Source: the human T2T-CHM13v2.0 reference genome, Homo sapiens
Length of the DNA: 64,000 nt
Reading direction: 5' to 3' (one strand)
NCBI RefSeq assembly: GCF_009914755.1
Contig: NC_060931.1
A program made the position numbers and the translations under genes. Every line of letters begins with the position of its first letter. Within the stretch, counting starts at the first letter, position 1. Positions 42,630 through 58,229 of the stretch are shown here, piece by piece. Below the pieces are notes generated by a model. It was not told the origin of the DNA and did not search any database. It was given only the letters and a program-made list of their open reading frames with translations.

Positions 42630-42782
42630 TTTTTTTCTTTTTCTTCTTCATTTTCTTTTTCTTAATAGAGACAAAGTCTCACTATGTTGCCCAGGCTGGG
42701 CTCTAAATCCTGGGCTCAAGTGATTCTTCTGCCTCAGCCTCCCAAGTGTCAGGGTTATAGTCATGAGCCACAGCACCCAGCC
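42630..42782 (-). mobile_element. FLAM_C-like free left Alu monomer
   Basis: Single monomer; TSD CTAGCATG(T/C)TTTTT at 42622 and 42784. Confidence 0.85.
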
Positions 42783-45700
42783 TCTAGCATGCTTTTTAAG
42801 GGAATAGGGAAAGGCCGTGTCTTGAGTGTGAAGAGACCTCTCACAAATATTGAGTAAATCAGTAGAGACTTTAATGGCCATTCATTGTTTCCTAGTTTGG
42901 TTCAGGGATTCTGAACTAAGGATTTTATGCGCCCCCACCCTGCCCCCACCCAGTTAGAGAGCCTCTGTCTAAATCCAGTTAAAGGTCTTGAATCACATCA
43001 AGCTGTGGCTAAAGTTTGTTATTTGATTGTGCCTATTTTTACAGTTTTAAATTTTATCAGTATAGACACAGAACCTTTAATACCTAATAGTTAAGCATTT
43101 TGATAACACAAAATACACAGAAAATTCCTTTGCATAGTATATAAATCCTTACACTTTTAATGCTAACACTTGCATTGCTGTAAAAGCTGCCACCTTGACA
43201 TCTTCTACTGCTAGTGCTACTGCACGTTCTCAAGTGACAAACCAAGGAACACATTGAACATTATGATGTGCTGACATGAAGAAATCTGTTGTCTCACAGA
43301 AAGACTGTAGCAAATTCTTGGATAGAATATCTCTGTAAAAGCAAACAAACATAAAAGACAAAATTATTCTCTCTACATTCTACCTTCTTCCCATAGTATC
43401 CAGCATTTAAAACATATTAACTGGTGATTAAACTATGACTAAAATTATAGTTTCTCAAAATCATGGCCATCATTTGAAGTTTTCCTTCATTTCAGGAGAA
43501 TTTATTTTCCGTAATCAATAACAATCACCACTGCCATACACAGTCTTAGAGGATGTTTATACAATTCATTTTCAAGTCTAAAAAATTACTTGCAAGTCTT
43601 ATAAAAATGGAGATCTTGGGTCTATCCCAGACTACTGAATTAAAATTGAGGAACGAGGGATGGAATCTTTGGAAATAAAGATATTTAAAACTCTCCAGGA
43701 GATACAATACAGTTGGCTTACAATACAGCTGGCCTACAGAGTAGTATATAAGAACCCTGAACTGTTCTCTTTTGGAACAAGAAAACAGTGAACCCCAAAT
43801 TCTATTAATATACTATATGATTTTCCCTCTCTGGGATTCAGTTTTCCAACCCTTGCAATGAAAAGGCTGAACTAGTGATACTTCAGGTTACTTCCAGATG
43901 CAACAGTTATTGAATCTCATCCCAGCACTAACTTTTGTTTGTTTATATATTTATTGTCTAAATCTGAACTAATTAAAAAGGATTCTGAGCAGGTTTCTTG
44001 AGATGTCTCTCTCTGATCAGCCTTTTCAGGATCATTTCCAACAATATTGTCAGAATTTTATTTTTACTATTATGATTTCTTATGTAAAATCTTCAGTAAT
44101 GAACTCATTCCCTTCTTATCTTTAATTTTTTAAAATAATATCTGCATCCTAAACTCCTCAGTATATATCTGCTACGCTCAATGGGCTTCCCTTTGGTATT
44201 AGAAACCTTAAGAAAAGATGGATTGTATAGTATCAATCAATAGATTGATAGTTGTCTGCTGCAATGGCTCTGGCACTCTGATCTCATTGTCCATTACCTG
44301 GTTTTTACATGTTATATGAGCTGCAATATCAAACTACTTATAGTTACTCAAACATCGGTTCATGTCTCCATGCAGCTGGCCTTCCCTTCTTTTTTCTCAA
44401 TAGGGCTTTCTTCACCTTTTCATCTAGAAATCTTTTTTGCATCTTTTAAATTTCAATTGTGTGTCAACTACTTGGTGAAGTCTCCTTTAATATCCTCCCC
44501 ATCCTCACCAGCACACACACACTATGTGGAATTAATTATTCCCTTCCATATATTACTTATATGTCTTGTTAATGCATCTATTCTTATATGTATCACACCG
44601 AATCATAATTACTATAAGCTTCTTGAGGGCCAAGACTGTGCCTTATTCATCTTCACATTTCCACTATCTGGCCCATCATAGGTTTTCCATAAATTTGTTG
44701 AGTCTATAGACCAGTGTTTGTATATAACTCTATCAAGCCCCTCTTTTCTCCTAGGCTCCAGATGTGTTTTTTCACTTGCTTACTGGGGCATCTCAACCTA
44801 GATCAACATGTTACAAAGTGAAGTTATTTGTTTTTCCTTACCCAGTCCAATGTTTTCATCAGCTTTTCCTGACGCCATTGTGTAGACTCCAGCCATTAAG
44901 CCCTTCTGATCTGTTAGTGTCGTATTCCTCTGCCCTAATCATGTAAAAATTGCCCTGTTCTTCAACCCCAGCATGTCACAAAAGGCTTTTCGTAGACTGG
45001 TGCTATGCACCATCATACACCTGATACATTACAACCATGACTTAATCCTTACTGCTCTCCAAACATACTATTTATTTGTTCATTTATTCATTCCTTCATT
45101 CATTCACAAATGAATAGGTTGTTTTACATATGCCAGGCATTTTGCAGGGCATCATTAACTATGCAAACTTTGATACCAACTTGTTTTTGTTCCTGCTTCT
45201 CATCTGTTTAGAAGGTCATTCCAACACCCCTTATCTGATTGGCAAACTCCTATACATACTTTGAGGCCCCTAATCCCTGGAGTCTTCTCTGATGCATCAA
45301 AAAGAAAAAAAAAATCCCTCCTCACACAAGTGAATATCCAGAATTGCATTTTTATTTTATTATCCCAAATATACTAGTTACAAAGATAGATTATACCATA
45401 TTTTATTACAGTTATCTGATTACTTCTCTAGCTCAATCGCAGACTCTAAATCTTTTCATGTCAGAGATTGCATTTTATTCATGTTTATAACTTCACTTCT
45501 TACCACAATGCTTGACACATGGTAGATGCTAAATAAAATTCTTGCCAAATTGAATTGGATTTTGTAAACTGTATTGCTCCTTCTCCGTCCTATAAGACTA
45601 CAGTATCACTTCCATTCAACTGATGAAACAAGTATTAAAGTATGATAATTTATCAGGTTGTCTGTTTTTGTAGAAAAAAACTTAGAAGCAGATATGAATA

Positions 45701-46103
45701 TCATTAGAAGACATGATTCAGGTCACATTACCCAACTCTCTCTCATATTACTACTTTGTCTGCTTCCGTTAGGCAGGCTCTTTATGAAATACTATTTCTA
45801 ATGATTCCTTTTCTTGGCTAGATAGCATATAACATACTTTTTTTAGCAATAACAATTGATTCTTTTTTATCTTTATCTAAATATTTTCTTCTTTGATTAT
45901 ATCTTCTGTTTTATGAATTTTATACACACATTGTTTGCTTACAATAAATCCCTTACTTCCTACCTATTTTCTGAACAAAATACACTCCTCATTGCTCTAT
46001 ATTAATCATGTTTCTAATGCCACTACGTATCAATGATACTTTCACTAGGGAACCGGAAGTGAGATACCTGCTTGAGAAAATGGTATTAGAAATATATGTG
46101 ATT

Positions 46104-46485
<382 letters not shown>

Positions 46486-46609
46486 TTATGATTTAATTAT
46501 ATCTATTGCCTCAGCCACATGAATTATATATGTTTCCACTAAAATATTATCTAAATTTACTATGAAGTTTATTAGCTACTCTGTTTAGGATTATAGATTT
46601 TATCTTTGT

Positions 46610-47072
46610 CACGAAACATGAACTCCACAGACAAGTAGTCCAGAGCTGACTGGTACAACTGCTCAAGGATGAGACAGAGGACCAAGGTTCCTTTTAGCTA
46701 GCTTCCTGCTCTGCCCCTATGTAGCTTTTGTCTTCATGGCCACAAGATAACTCTCCTTCCTCCAAGCATTATGCCCATGTTTTAGGCAAAAAGAAGGGAA
46801 TGACAAAACAGAAAGGGCAAAATAAAAATAGGTGCAGACCAGCTGCAGCTGTCCCCTTTAATAACCAGCTTTCTCAGAAGCCTCAAACAGTGACTTCTGT
46901 TTCTCTTTCACCATCCTGAACAATATCATATGAATACCCATCACTTCAGCTGAGTCTATGAAGCTGATCATGTTTAGTCAGGCACTTTGTCACATTGAAC
47001 AAAGTTGGGGCTCTTTTGGTAGAGAAAAATAGAAGGATGAATTTTGGGCCAACATCTAGCAACTTCTGCAAC
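46610..47072. mobile_element. Degraded MLT1-type (MaLR) LTR
   Basis: gtccagagctg...ctgctcaaggatg...tcatggccacaagata...ctccaagcatt resembles late MLT1 families. Confidence 0.45.
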
Positions 47073-48692
47073 CAATAGTTTACCAAATATATTAGTACTG
47101 ACTCATGGGACCCTAGGGATATGTGAAAAGAGATGTTATGACTTGAAATACTTTAGTGAAATAAATTTTGTTTGTTTGTTTTCTAGGAAAATTTAGAAAT
47201 ATGCAAACCTGTGTATTAATGTGACTAAAGTTCAGTGGGTTATAGGGTTTTAAGTTTTAATATTTTTATTTATACTTAAAATGTTATTAAAGACTCAGTA
47301 TATACTCAGCACTAGGTAAAGAACAATACAAAGTAAACTATGCAAAGATGATTCTTTCCCTCCAGGAAGTTACTGCTGAATGTTGGCAGTGCTGATGAGG
47401 GATTCTGATGGAACATATGTAAGCAGTGGAACAAACACTGGATAGTTTAACTAAATGAAACGTTTGCATATTTTGCAAGTAGAGAAGCAAATGTTTTTTG
47501 AAGGGTGGGGAAAAAATCATAGAAGATGAATTTTAAACAAGTTCAGAGCAGAAAAATGTTTCATTTAGCTATTACATATTAGATTCTGGTATCACTGGAA
47601 CACTTCAGAAAGTCTTAACATTCCTCCCAGCTTTAGTGAAGTAAGACATGTTCCATAAATTCTCTGTATTTCCTGCAGCAATTACTATAACCACCTATAC
47701 TGCAAAAATTGATACTTGTGGGGTACCTAGAAGAAGGTTCAAGGAAACCTTGCTTTCTCTTACCCCAAACTTCCATTGACACATACTGCTGTGTTCTACG
47801 ATCCAGATACTTTGCCCCAGTGATCATTCATTTTGTTCCCACATAAACCCCAGAATTGATTGGTACTGTCCATATATTCCTTTTGAAGAATCTGAGAGCC
47901 AGAAAGTTTTAGTACATTTCCCAAGTACCTAGGGTCAAACTTCAGTTCTGTCCGATTACAAGGTCTCTTTTTTCCCCCACTCTTTTCAGGGTATATTTGA
48001 AATAAATGAATCATATCCTTGGGAATTCTTGGTTTGGGGGAATAGAAGGAGGACAGGAAGGGCAGAAATATTTTATTCTGTAAAGGCTGACATCTTATTC
48101 AAGGCTGCCCCATTCTGGAGGATGGAGGAAGAATGTGAGGTCTCTATGCTATATGTGACTCTGCCCAGCCAAACCAGGATTATTCTTGGACATGTTTGTC
48201 ATCACTTCATCCAGGGCACCATGAGAATAAGAATTAGTCATTGGTTTGGCCCTGAGATGCTGTAAATGCATAATGATTTTTAATAATCAGACCTCTCATA
48301 ATAGGTCTTGCATGCTTTCCAGTAATTATCCAGGATGAAATTAAAATGAACTTAGTCCATCTTTTTTAAACTTGTGGTTTGTGGAATTTGTGCCATTGGA
48401 TTTTGTCTTTCAAATTAAAAAAAAATAGTATAATAAACCTTTCTTTAAAGAAATACATTATAAATGTGGAAAACAAATAAAATAGGCCAATAACGACATC
48501 ATTTTTATTCTCTGTAGCAAAACTGTTATGAAAGGTTTGTCTACCTGTTTTTATCAGTTTTTCTTTTATGTGGTTTCTTCTAACTTTAATTTTAATATTT
48601 ATTTGCAGTAAGGCATTTTGTGTCTCATAGGCCAGTAAGTTAAACTCTTAATACCAAGGCAGGTATATGGTAGACTGGGTGCAAGGTAATGA

Positions 48693-49044
<352 letters not shown>

Positions 49045-51809
49045 TCATCTTTCTTTTGAAGAAGGTATTTCTTTCTTCCAACCTCCCTCTCTCCCACCTT
49101 TTCTCTCTCTCTTTCTTTCTTTCATTGCACAAGTCAAAAACAAACAAAAAATCAGCCCACTGTTTAATCTGGTCTTCAAGCTCCATATTGCAACCCCTTT
49201 GTTAAATGCTAGAACATTGAAGTTATTCAATGAAGTACAGAAATACATATACATATGCATGAGACTCTGATACACTCTAGTGATTTCTGGTTCCTTGAGG
49301 GCATCAGAACTTGTTGGAAGCAATGTGCATTATGGTAAAGTTCTTGATGGAGCACTGATAAATGGGTTACTCAGTGCTAAGATGTATGTTACCATCACTA
49401 AATAGTCAAAATAGCCTTAATTTACAGTATCATGCTAATGCAAATTACTTTAAAAGAAACATCTGTTCTAAGAATAATTGATAGTAAGCAATATTTTTTG
49501 AGAACCAAATAAGAAATAATTATGTTAGTGTTTGATATGGTTATGTTATTTGGCGTTTCCATACAATAATTTCCAATACTGCTAGACTAAAGCAGAAGTG
49601 GCTAATAAATCTTTTTTTCTACCTTTTTGCTTGATATTCCATACAAGTAGATATTTATGTACTAGAAAGAGAGTTCAGGAGAATTGTAGAAATAAATTGA
49701 AAAGCTAATCCACAGAATTTCATGTGAAACAAATGATTATCATGCTCCAGAGGAAAAACCACAAACTACACACAAAACAGCAGCATGATTTGCAAAACTG
49801 TTTTACAGTATTTCCATGTATTAGAATTTATATTCTCAATCAATCCATCAAAGAAACATGACTAAATGCCCTCGGTATGTTAGACACTTTGCCAGGCAGA
49901 CACCAGGTACCATAGGGGATTCAAAGATGTTCCTATCCTCAGGGAGTTGACAATCTGGCTAGATAAAAATTCAGAATAATAACCATTCTTCTAAGCCATT
50001 TTAAACAAAACTCGTGGTTTGAGGTTAAAAAAAAACTGCTTGACAGTTATGGCTTTTTAGAGTGTTCTATGGAATAAATTGGGTTTCTCTTTTTTGTGTT
50101 TAGTGAATTACCCATCACTTACAGATGAGCAGAATAAGCTAGTCTTCATTTTTCTGCCTCCAGAGGCTTTGTTTGTGGTTCTTTAAAACTTATTTAGGTC
50201 TGAGTTCCAGAATTTAAAAGGGATATTTAAGTATGAAAACAAGTCTGAGGTAAGTAATATGATTAGAGGTGATTAAAAGGAAAATGGGAGAGTATCACAA
50301 AAGGGTTACCAGATATTTTTTAAAAAAAGAGAGAGAAAAATGTAGAAAAGTATTTTAATAATTTTTTTACATTAAAAAGATTATCATGCTAAGAGTGGCA
50401 GGTATTTATTTTTCTTCATTACTGAGACTAACACTAGAGTAATAGGTGCTGTTTTAACATGAGAAAAATCAGAATACTTGTAAGGTGGACCCTCATACTA
50501 GCAAAGGTATCTAAGAGTACGTTTTATGACAAATATTTATAACTACTGTTCTTTGTTCTATTTGAAAATAGCCTTATTTCTAGTGATTAACAAAACAATA
50601 TGTGCTTTCAAAAATAATCCAGGCAATACAGAAAACTATGAAGAATTGAAATTCACTTGAACTTCAACCTCCCACTGATACTGTTAACACATATTTTACA
50701 TTGATGTTATCAGAATTTGTGCGTACATTCATGAGGGATCATCAAGCCAGGCTAGAAATGTATGTAGTTTCATATTTTGTAGCTATTTTTAAATGTGAGA
50801 TTGATGTTTAGGGTATAGCTTACTTTAGGACCATGGAAAAGCAAGAACATCTTTTAAATGACCTGCTGGTATTCCCTTCATGCTTTATAATAAAGGTAAG
50901 AGATAAGCCTCTGTGCTATTTGGGAGAGGCACTGGGTTCAAGGTTTGACTCCACCATTTACTGACTGTATGACCTTCAGGAGGGCAATTCGGTTCTATCG
51001 CCTCATTGCCTTTTTCTGTCAACTGGGAAGACGTGACTCAAGCTCTAAAATTTTGTTATCTCAATGCTTTATTATAGTAAAAGAGTATACCTTCTCAGTA
51101 ACATATATTTACAAAAAACTATCCTTTTTTATGTGTTATATGCCAAAAGTTTTAACTTTGATAATGAGTTAGTTTTCCCCTTATCAGCAAAAACAAGAAG
51201 AAGCAAGATTATTTTAAAAGTTGGAAGTTTATTACTCATTTATTCAGGTTAAAATATTCTGATACTCGAAGAAAAAGTGAAATTTGTTGTTGGATATAAT
51301 ACAATGTCCATATTCATTACATACGTTATTCCATTATGTTCCACATACCCCTATGACATGCCAGCTTATCTGTTTAGAGTACTTTTCTGTGTGTTCAATT
51401 ATATATGTAAGGTTTTTAATGAAGAAAAATAAAATAAGGAATATTTAGAAATATAATTATATAGAGGTCAGGACTGTGAAAATTGCTTTTCTCACAATCA
51501 CTATAACTTAGCTTTATCGCCTAAATTATATAGTAATAAAAATTGTTTTTATACTCCTAGAGTAACCAGTCTGTTCTTGGTAAGAGATTGCAATACATTT
51601 ATCTAAATAGAAAATAGTTCTCTCTCCCAGTCACTTTTGAAACAGTATTTCCCTAGTATGTTTGAAGCCATGTGTGGAAGCATTTTAGATACTGTGAAAT
51701 TAAAAAAAAACTGACAAAGTATTTTAGGAAAAACCCTTGATCCTATTTATTTATTGTAATAGCTGCTCTTCATTCAAACAAACATCAGTGAGTTATGGAA
51801 ACGAATATA

Positions 51810-51950
51810 GAGCTGGAGTTAGGATACCCAAGTCTTAACCTGTTACAAAATGCGAGCACTTGGCAAGTTCTTTAACTCTCCTGAGCCTCAGTTTTCTCTT
51901 ACGTGATGAGGATTGCTGCATAATATACATGAAAATGTCTTAGAAATGTA
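51810..51950 (+). mobile_element. MIR SINE
   Basis: ttggcaagttctttaactctcctgagcctcagttttctc core. Confidence 0.65.
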
Positions 51951-53799
51951 AACTTCAATTATTTTGTTTAGTATTTTATTTTTCACATACTATCTGAGCT
52001 CTTGTAAAAATAAAATTCTGAATGAAATACTGAACTAAGAATTCAGCCATTTAATGTTTACCTCTTCAGACTTCAACATCACTTAAACACATTGACTTCC
52101 TTTGTTGCTCCAGTTCATTAATGTACATGCTCTCATTAATTTTTCAAGAAATAAATAACATCTTTAGAAATCTATAACTTCATTTTCTTTTCACAATAGA
52201 AGATTAAAGAGAGACAGTTTTGTTGACAGATTACATCTTATATTCCACCAGCTAGAATCTAGCTGAATAATTTAAGTATATGAACTAGAAGAATATGTAA
52301 CAATAATAAACTGACTTCCTTTTGATAGCTCTGAGTATGTGTTTGAATACACATAAAAACAAGCTGGATCCTTTAAAAGATGAAAGTAAAGTTCTGTTTA
52401 TTAAATTTTGAAATATTTGCTAAACATAAATGGAATCCAGTTTTGAAAAAGGAAATATCAAAAAGATACCACAATGATCTATGCTGCAAACACACTTTCA
52501 GATAATCTATAGAATTTTGCTCTGTTCTTCATTAATGGATTTGCTATTGATCATCTGATTGCATTCCTTATTGATGTTTTCTAGGTATATTTTTATTGTG
52601 CTTTTAAATCTTTTTCATATAAACAAAATACATATTACTTAAAAACCTCTAGAAATAAAAATCTCTATTATTATGTCAATAACAGAGGATACCAAAAATG
52701 TAAGGGATAGCATTATTTGGTATTATGCTTATTCCTCTTTAATATTAACCAAATTTTAAATATGGCTTCTAAAAATTTTTACCATTTTTAGGGTCAGGAA
52801 ACATTTAAAAAATAAAATATCTTCAAAACATTAGATGTATGGATTACTGTTTGGAACATCCAAATGCCCTTTCAGATTAGTGTGATATGATTTGTCTTGC
52901 AGCTGCTTCAAATTAAGAACAGGTGTAGAAAACAGATTATGCAAATACTCATATTAATGTAATTGTCAAATTGGTGTGTTTACCATTGTGCTTTTAAAGA
53001 GTAGACTGTACTTCTATTTTAAATGTAAATTAGCTTTATTCTTCAGAGCAGCTATTGGCTAATGAAACTTGGTTCTGCCTTAGAAATGAGTAATTTCTAA
53101 TAGTAACACAGTTCTAAAATTTGACATTTTCTTTCCCAGTAAACTTATTTATATGTAAAAATGACAATTCTGTATTATTTTTAGTATGGGTATAATCATT
53201 ATGATTTTTTGAAAATTTAAGTTGATTCTGGACTACTATTTTCTTTTATTGTGGTAGGTAGTGATTACAATGATAGCTTTTGATCTCCTAACATATTTTC
53301 TAATTTAGAACTCATATTAGCTTTTCATCTTTATAGATCTAAACTGTCAATAAATTAAGTTCTTTCCAGAAATTGCATTACATTTATTTTAATACTAATT
53401 TTTTTTCATAGCATCTAGTTACTTTCAATAGTATTTTAATGTTAAAAATGCTTAAATTCTAATTTTGGTGTTTTGCGTTTTACTACTAGTTCATCCACGT
53501 ATCTGTATGATGATTTTGTGATTGCCTAATGTCAGGATTCAGACACGTGTATCTAAAAAAGGGCTTCCTCTTAGTCCCTGGCTAGTCTTCTAGGCTCTTT
53601 AATGACAAGTAGTATGAGTCATCATATCTACATGCGTGACTAGGGCCAGCGAAAAAGAAGACCAAGGAATCAACCAGAGAGGTTTCACAAGTCAGATGTT
53701 CCCATTACTTTTTTAATACTTTTTTCTCTAATAAAACAGAGATCCTGAAGCATTTATAATTTTAATTTGCTTTGGTAGCATATATTTAGTGCTTACTTT

Positions 53800-53960
53800 G
53801 TGTACCTGGTAATGTATTTATTTATGCTCTTTCATTTCACAGAATAGGCACCTGAGGCTTAGAAAGGTTAAATTACATTATCTACAGTCAAGTAGCTGGT
53901 AGTTTGAGCTGGAAGTGAATTCAAGTCAGTCTGATTCGAAACCATGTGCCTTTTACTCCT
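53800..53960 (-). mobile_element. MIR SINE
   Basis: ctgaggcttagaaaggttaaattac...gaattcaagtcagtctgattc. Confidence 0.65.
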
Positions 53961-54143
53961 TTGTTACAGATAATATAGTGCCTCTTAGTTGCTGTTCAGG
54001 TTTTTCATTTTCATTTTTAGAAAATGAGATCAAAGTAATGACAAGGGGATGACAAGGTATTACATGTGAATATTATCTTTTCTTGAATGTCTTCATTTTA
54101 TGAAACCCAGGTATATTGTTTTGTGGTTAAGATAGAGCAAAGG

Positions 54144-54452
<309 letters not shown>

Positions 54453-56416
54453 AAGATAGAGAAAAGGAAGGGATGAAAGTTACATGGCTCCACCATGGAG
54501 GGGATCTCCATCATCACTACGAATAGAAGATTCTACAGGAATGACTCTGAATCTCTTTATTCCCTTGTCTTCTATACCTCCCTCATCTCTACCTGTCAGG
54601 AACCACTGCTGACATGGCAGTGGACTTGGTAATGAAATTAGATGTTTACTCAGCAATATATGAGATAACTTTTAATATGAAAGAAAAAGCAAATGGCAGT
54701 GATGGACTACTACTACTGGAGTTTTCTTGGCATCATGAGAATTTTCATGTCAAATGGTAAGAAGTTTTTTGCTGGAGTTTTAGTTTTTAAATCACTAGTC
54801 CTCTTCCTCCAGGTTTCTTCCCCCTACATCACATCAAAATGAGGAGGGGTAAGAGGCTTATAGGGACCAAATCATAATCAGAGATGCCAACAAGATAAGC
54901 TTCTGTATATGCTACATGCAGTCTCTATTCCTCATTTATCCTTATTGGCAAGAAAAGGAGCTGCCACTGAGACCAACACCAGATAAGCAGAAGCTGATCC
55001 AAGGGCTGCTGCTGCTTCCCCTGCAGGGATCAGAAAAGGAACTACCACATCCTCCAGTCCCTGCATACATTCCTAGGGGTGATCATAATCTGAATTGCTC
55101 CCCCCTAAGGAGTAAAGCATACAGTAAAAGAGATGCTGGTACTTTGTGAATTTGGAAAAAAATTATAATATGATAGTGTTTTTCTTTACATATAATAGAT
55201 ATTGCAGTGAATCTTCATGCTTCATTCATTGAATCAAGTTCTAATCCAAAAATACATTCCAATGGAAAAGACCACCAAAAAGTAATTAAAGGGTTTGCCT
55301 CATCCACAAACTCTGAGGACATCCATGGTCAGTTCTTCTATGAAAGCATAATACCCTATATAAGCACAGCATTTATTGATGCTGATAAGCTTTCTGATTA
55401 AGTTCACAACAAATGCACTTCAGAATTATTTTGAATAGTTTTTTCTAGTTTATTGCTTAAAAGTATATCTCTATAAGAATATCAGATACAGTGAGATTTC
55501 TATTAAGAAAAAATTAGTAACTTTAAAGATCTTTTGTATTGTTTTTTGAAAAAACTGTAAAACAAGCTAAATGCTATATAATACATCTACTCTGTTACTA
55601 TGCTGTTTTATTCTGCCTACTATATTATTTTCCTTTTTTTAGTAATTTTATTTTTCATTTCTTGAAATTAATATGTAAAATACAGTTTTTACATTAAGCA
55701 AGAAAGACTTTTGCTTGAAAATTAATAAATCTCTACATTAAATTCTTGGGCTCAAACCCTGTTTTCATACATTGTTGGACAATGAGTCAAGGTGGAAAAT
55801 CTAAGGTTGTTCTGTGCTCAGTGTCTTGATTTGAAATATTCAGAATATAGACTTACTCAGAGATTGGAAGCTGGTTTAATATGTTGTGCCAGCCATCCTG
55901 AAAGCCATTTCAGTAGATTCTGTACCCTGGCATTTGTTTTAGAAATAATTGCATGCAAATGTAGTTTTACATCTGTACTATGTCTCTTAATCCTAACCAG
56001 GCATTTTCCATTAGATGTAGTCTGAAAATCGCATTAAGACAAATATATATCATCTGTGAAATTATGCTCTGAATGCTCTAAATAGGAAAGAAAGGGGCAA
56101 TATTCATGTTAAATATAATAAGAAGTATTTTTTTCTGACTCCCAAATTTTAAAATGTCGATTTCACTTCCTAATTAGTGCTGCATTATAAAATTGAGTTA
56201 AGATTGTTTTCAAAATTTTCTTATTCAGTTTATCACAAAACTTTCCTACAAATGAAAATGTACTACCATGTCAAATTATTTTCTTACTTTATGCTTGGTA
56301 CTACAAAATTTATTTTTGTATCTCTAATGGCAATGCAATTCAGATAAGTTATATTGTAGTACTCTTCTGTTCTCAAAAGCAGAATTTTGCAACAAGAATT
56401 TTGACACTGAACTGAC

Positions 56417-56417
56417 T

Positions 56418-56456
<39 letters not shown>

Positions 56457-56735
56457 GAGATGGAGTCCTGCTCTGTCGCCCAGGCTGGTGTGCAGTGGCC
56501 CGATCTCAGCTCACTGTAACCTCTGCCTCCCGGGTTCAAGCAGTTCTCTGTGTCAGCCTCCCAAGTAGCTGGGATTACAGGTGCCCACCACCACACCTGG
56601 CTAATTTTTGTATTTTTAGTAGAGATGGGGTTTCACCATCTTGGCCAGGCTGGTCTTGAACTCCTGACCTCGTGATCCACCCACCTTGGCCTCCCAAAGT
56701 GCTGGGATTACAGGCGTGAGGCACTGCACCCAGCC
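56417..56735 (-). mobile_element. Alu (AluS) with (TTTA)n tail
   Basis: TSD CTGACTTT at 56412 and 56736; about 10 TTTA units. Confidence 0.95.
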
Positions 56736-58229
56736 CTGACTTTTAATATACTAGAGATTACTAGTGTATTTGAGGAATCTAAGAAAGAATATTAAGTAAT
56801 AAAACACGTATGAAGTCATGGGGTATCAACTGGAAGAAAGAGGAGGTAGAGTTTATAGAAACAAAAAGTTATTGCTTGCCATCAAGAAATTACCATTAAA
56901 TCTTTATTTAAAACAGTATCTTGTCTCATTCTGCATTCTTCATAGTTACTTCTTGAGGATAACACTAATAGGACTCCAGATATGTCAGAAATCTTTTTAT
57001 GTATTTGAACTTTCATTTATCCTCCAAGAGAAAAGACAGGTGGTGTACACAAAAATGAGAAATCTGAAGTTCACAAAAGCCACTTTGCTTTATATGGGGC
57101 TCTTGAAGAGCTGGTTTTTGCTTCTCTTTCTGTCCCCAACCCTACCCTACCACCCTTCTTCCCTAAAATTAATTTGTTTGACTTTATGGGACTGTCTCTG
57201 CTTCTCAGAATACATCAGGGGGTCAGACACCTTCAAGCCTTTATGATGTCTACTTCTTTAGTCTTAAATGTTCTTCATCTTTACCCCACCCCGTCTCCAT
57301 TTGTATACTAATGTCCATTTATTCTTACCTAGAGTCCTTTATTATCTCATCTGCCCTGTAAGAACCCTTTCTCTATGCTTCCTTTTCACCAGTGCATACG
57401 TCTGTCATAGTATAATACTTAATATGAAACTCATCACTAATAGTTTGCCTTCCTGATTCGTCTGTGCATTCTTGAGGTTAGTGGCTCCTACTTGACTTTG
57501 CAGCTGATTCTTAACCTAGTGGTTGGTGTTCTGTAGTGTCCCACAGAACTGAGATGGCAATGTATACATTAAATCTGTTTGTTTTGTCTATTAAATAATT
57601 ATTATATATGTTAAATTTTTTTCTTTCACTCTCCAAATGTTCATAAGAAATCCAGCTACCTATTTTTTTTCAAAAACGCTTAAACTCTTGAATAAAGCAA
57701 ACATGCATACAAGTAAACAAAAATGCAGTAGTCCATAAGTACTCTGCAGGGATATCTCATGTCAGAAGCACCTGTTGACTGCTGCCCTCATGCTCTCTCA
57801 AAATATAATAACTATATCACTTACAGGAGCACTATGCACATCTTTTGTTTTTCAGTGATTTTAGACACATGAAAGATACTTGATTAGCATTCCTGCAAAT
57901 TCAAGTTGTATATGTACACAGTGAACAGGTGTAGATCTTAGCCTGCTCACAGACAACAGCCATGTCATCTGCCCTTTCCTTGATTTCAGCCTTACCTATC
58001 TGTGGAGACAGCCTGGATTCTGGATAAGAGGTGTCCATATCCTCTTTCTGTTATTGGCTTCTCTACTGCGATTTCTAACAAGGGTGCCAATTAGTGCCAG
58101 CTATGATAGCAGCTTTTTGAAGTGAAAAAGAAGGGGATTGACTAAAAACAGGGTGAAAAATCTGAACTTGACACTGTTATATTCTGTAACTCTTGTTAAT
58201 TCCTTTTTAATCTTAAACTATCTTATTTT

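Noticed and set aside
56818-57246. 142-aa ORF with ATG
   Set aside because: L/F/K-rich, no homology recognised; intronic chance ORF.
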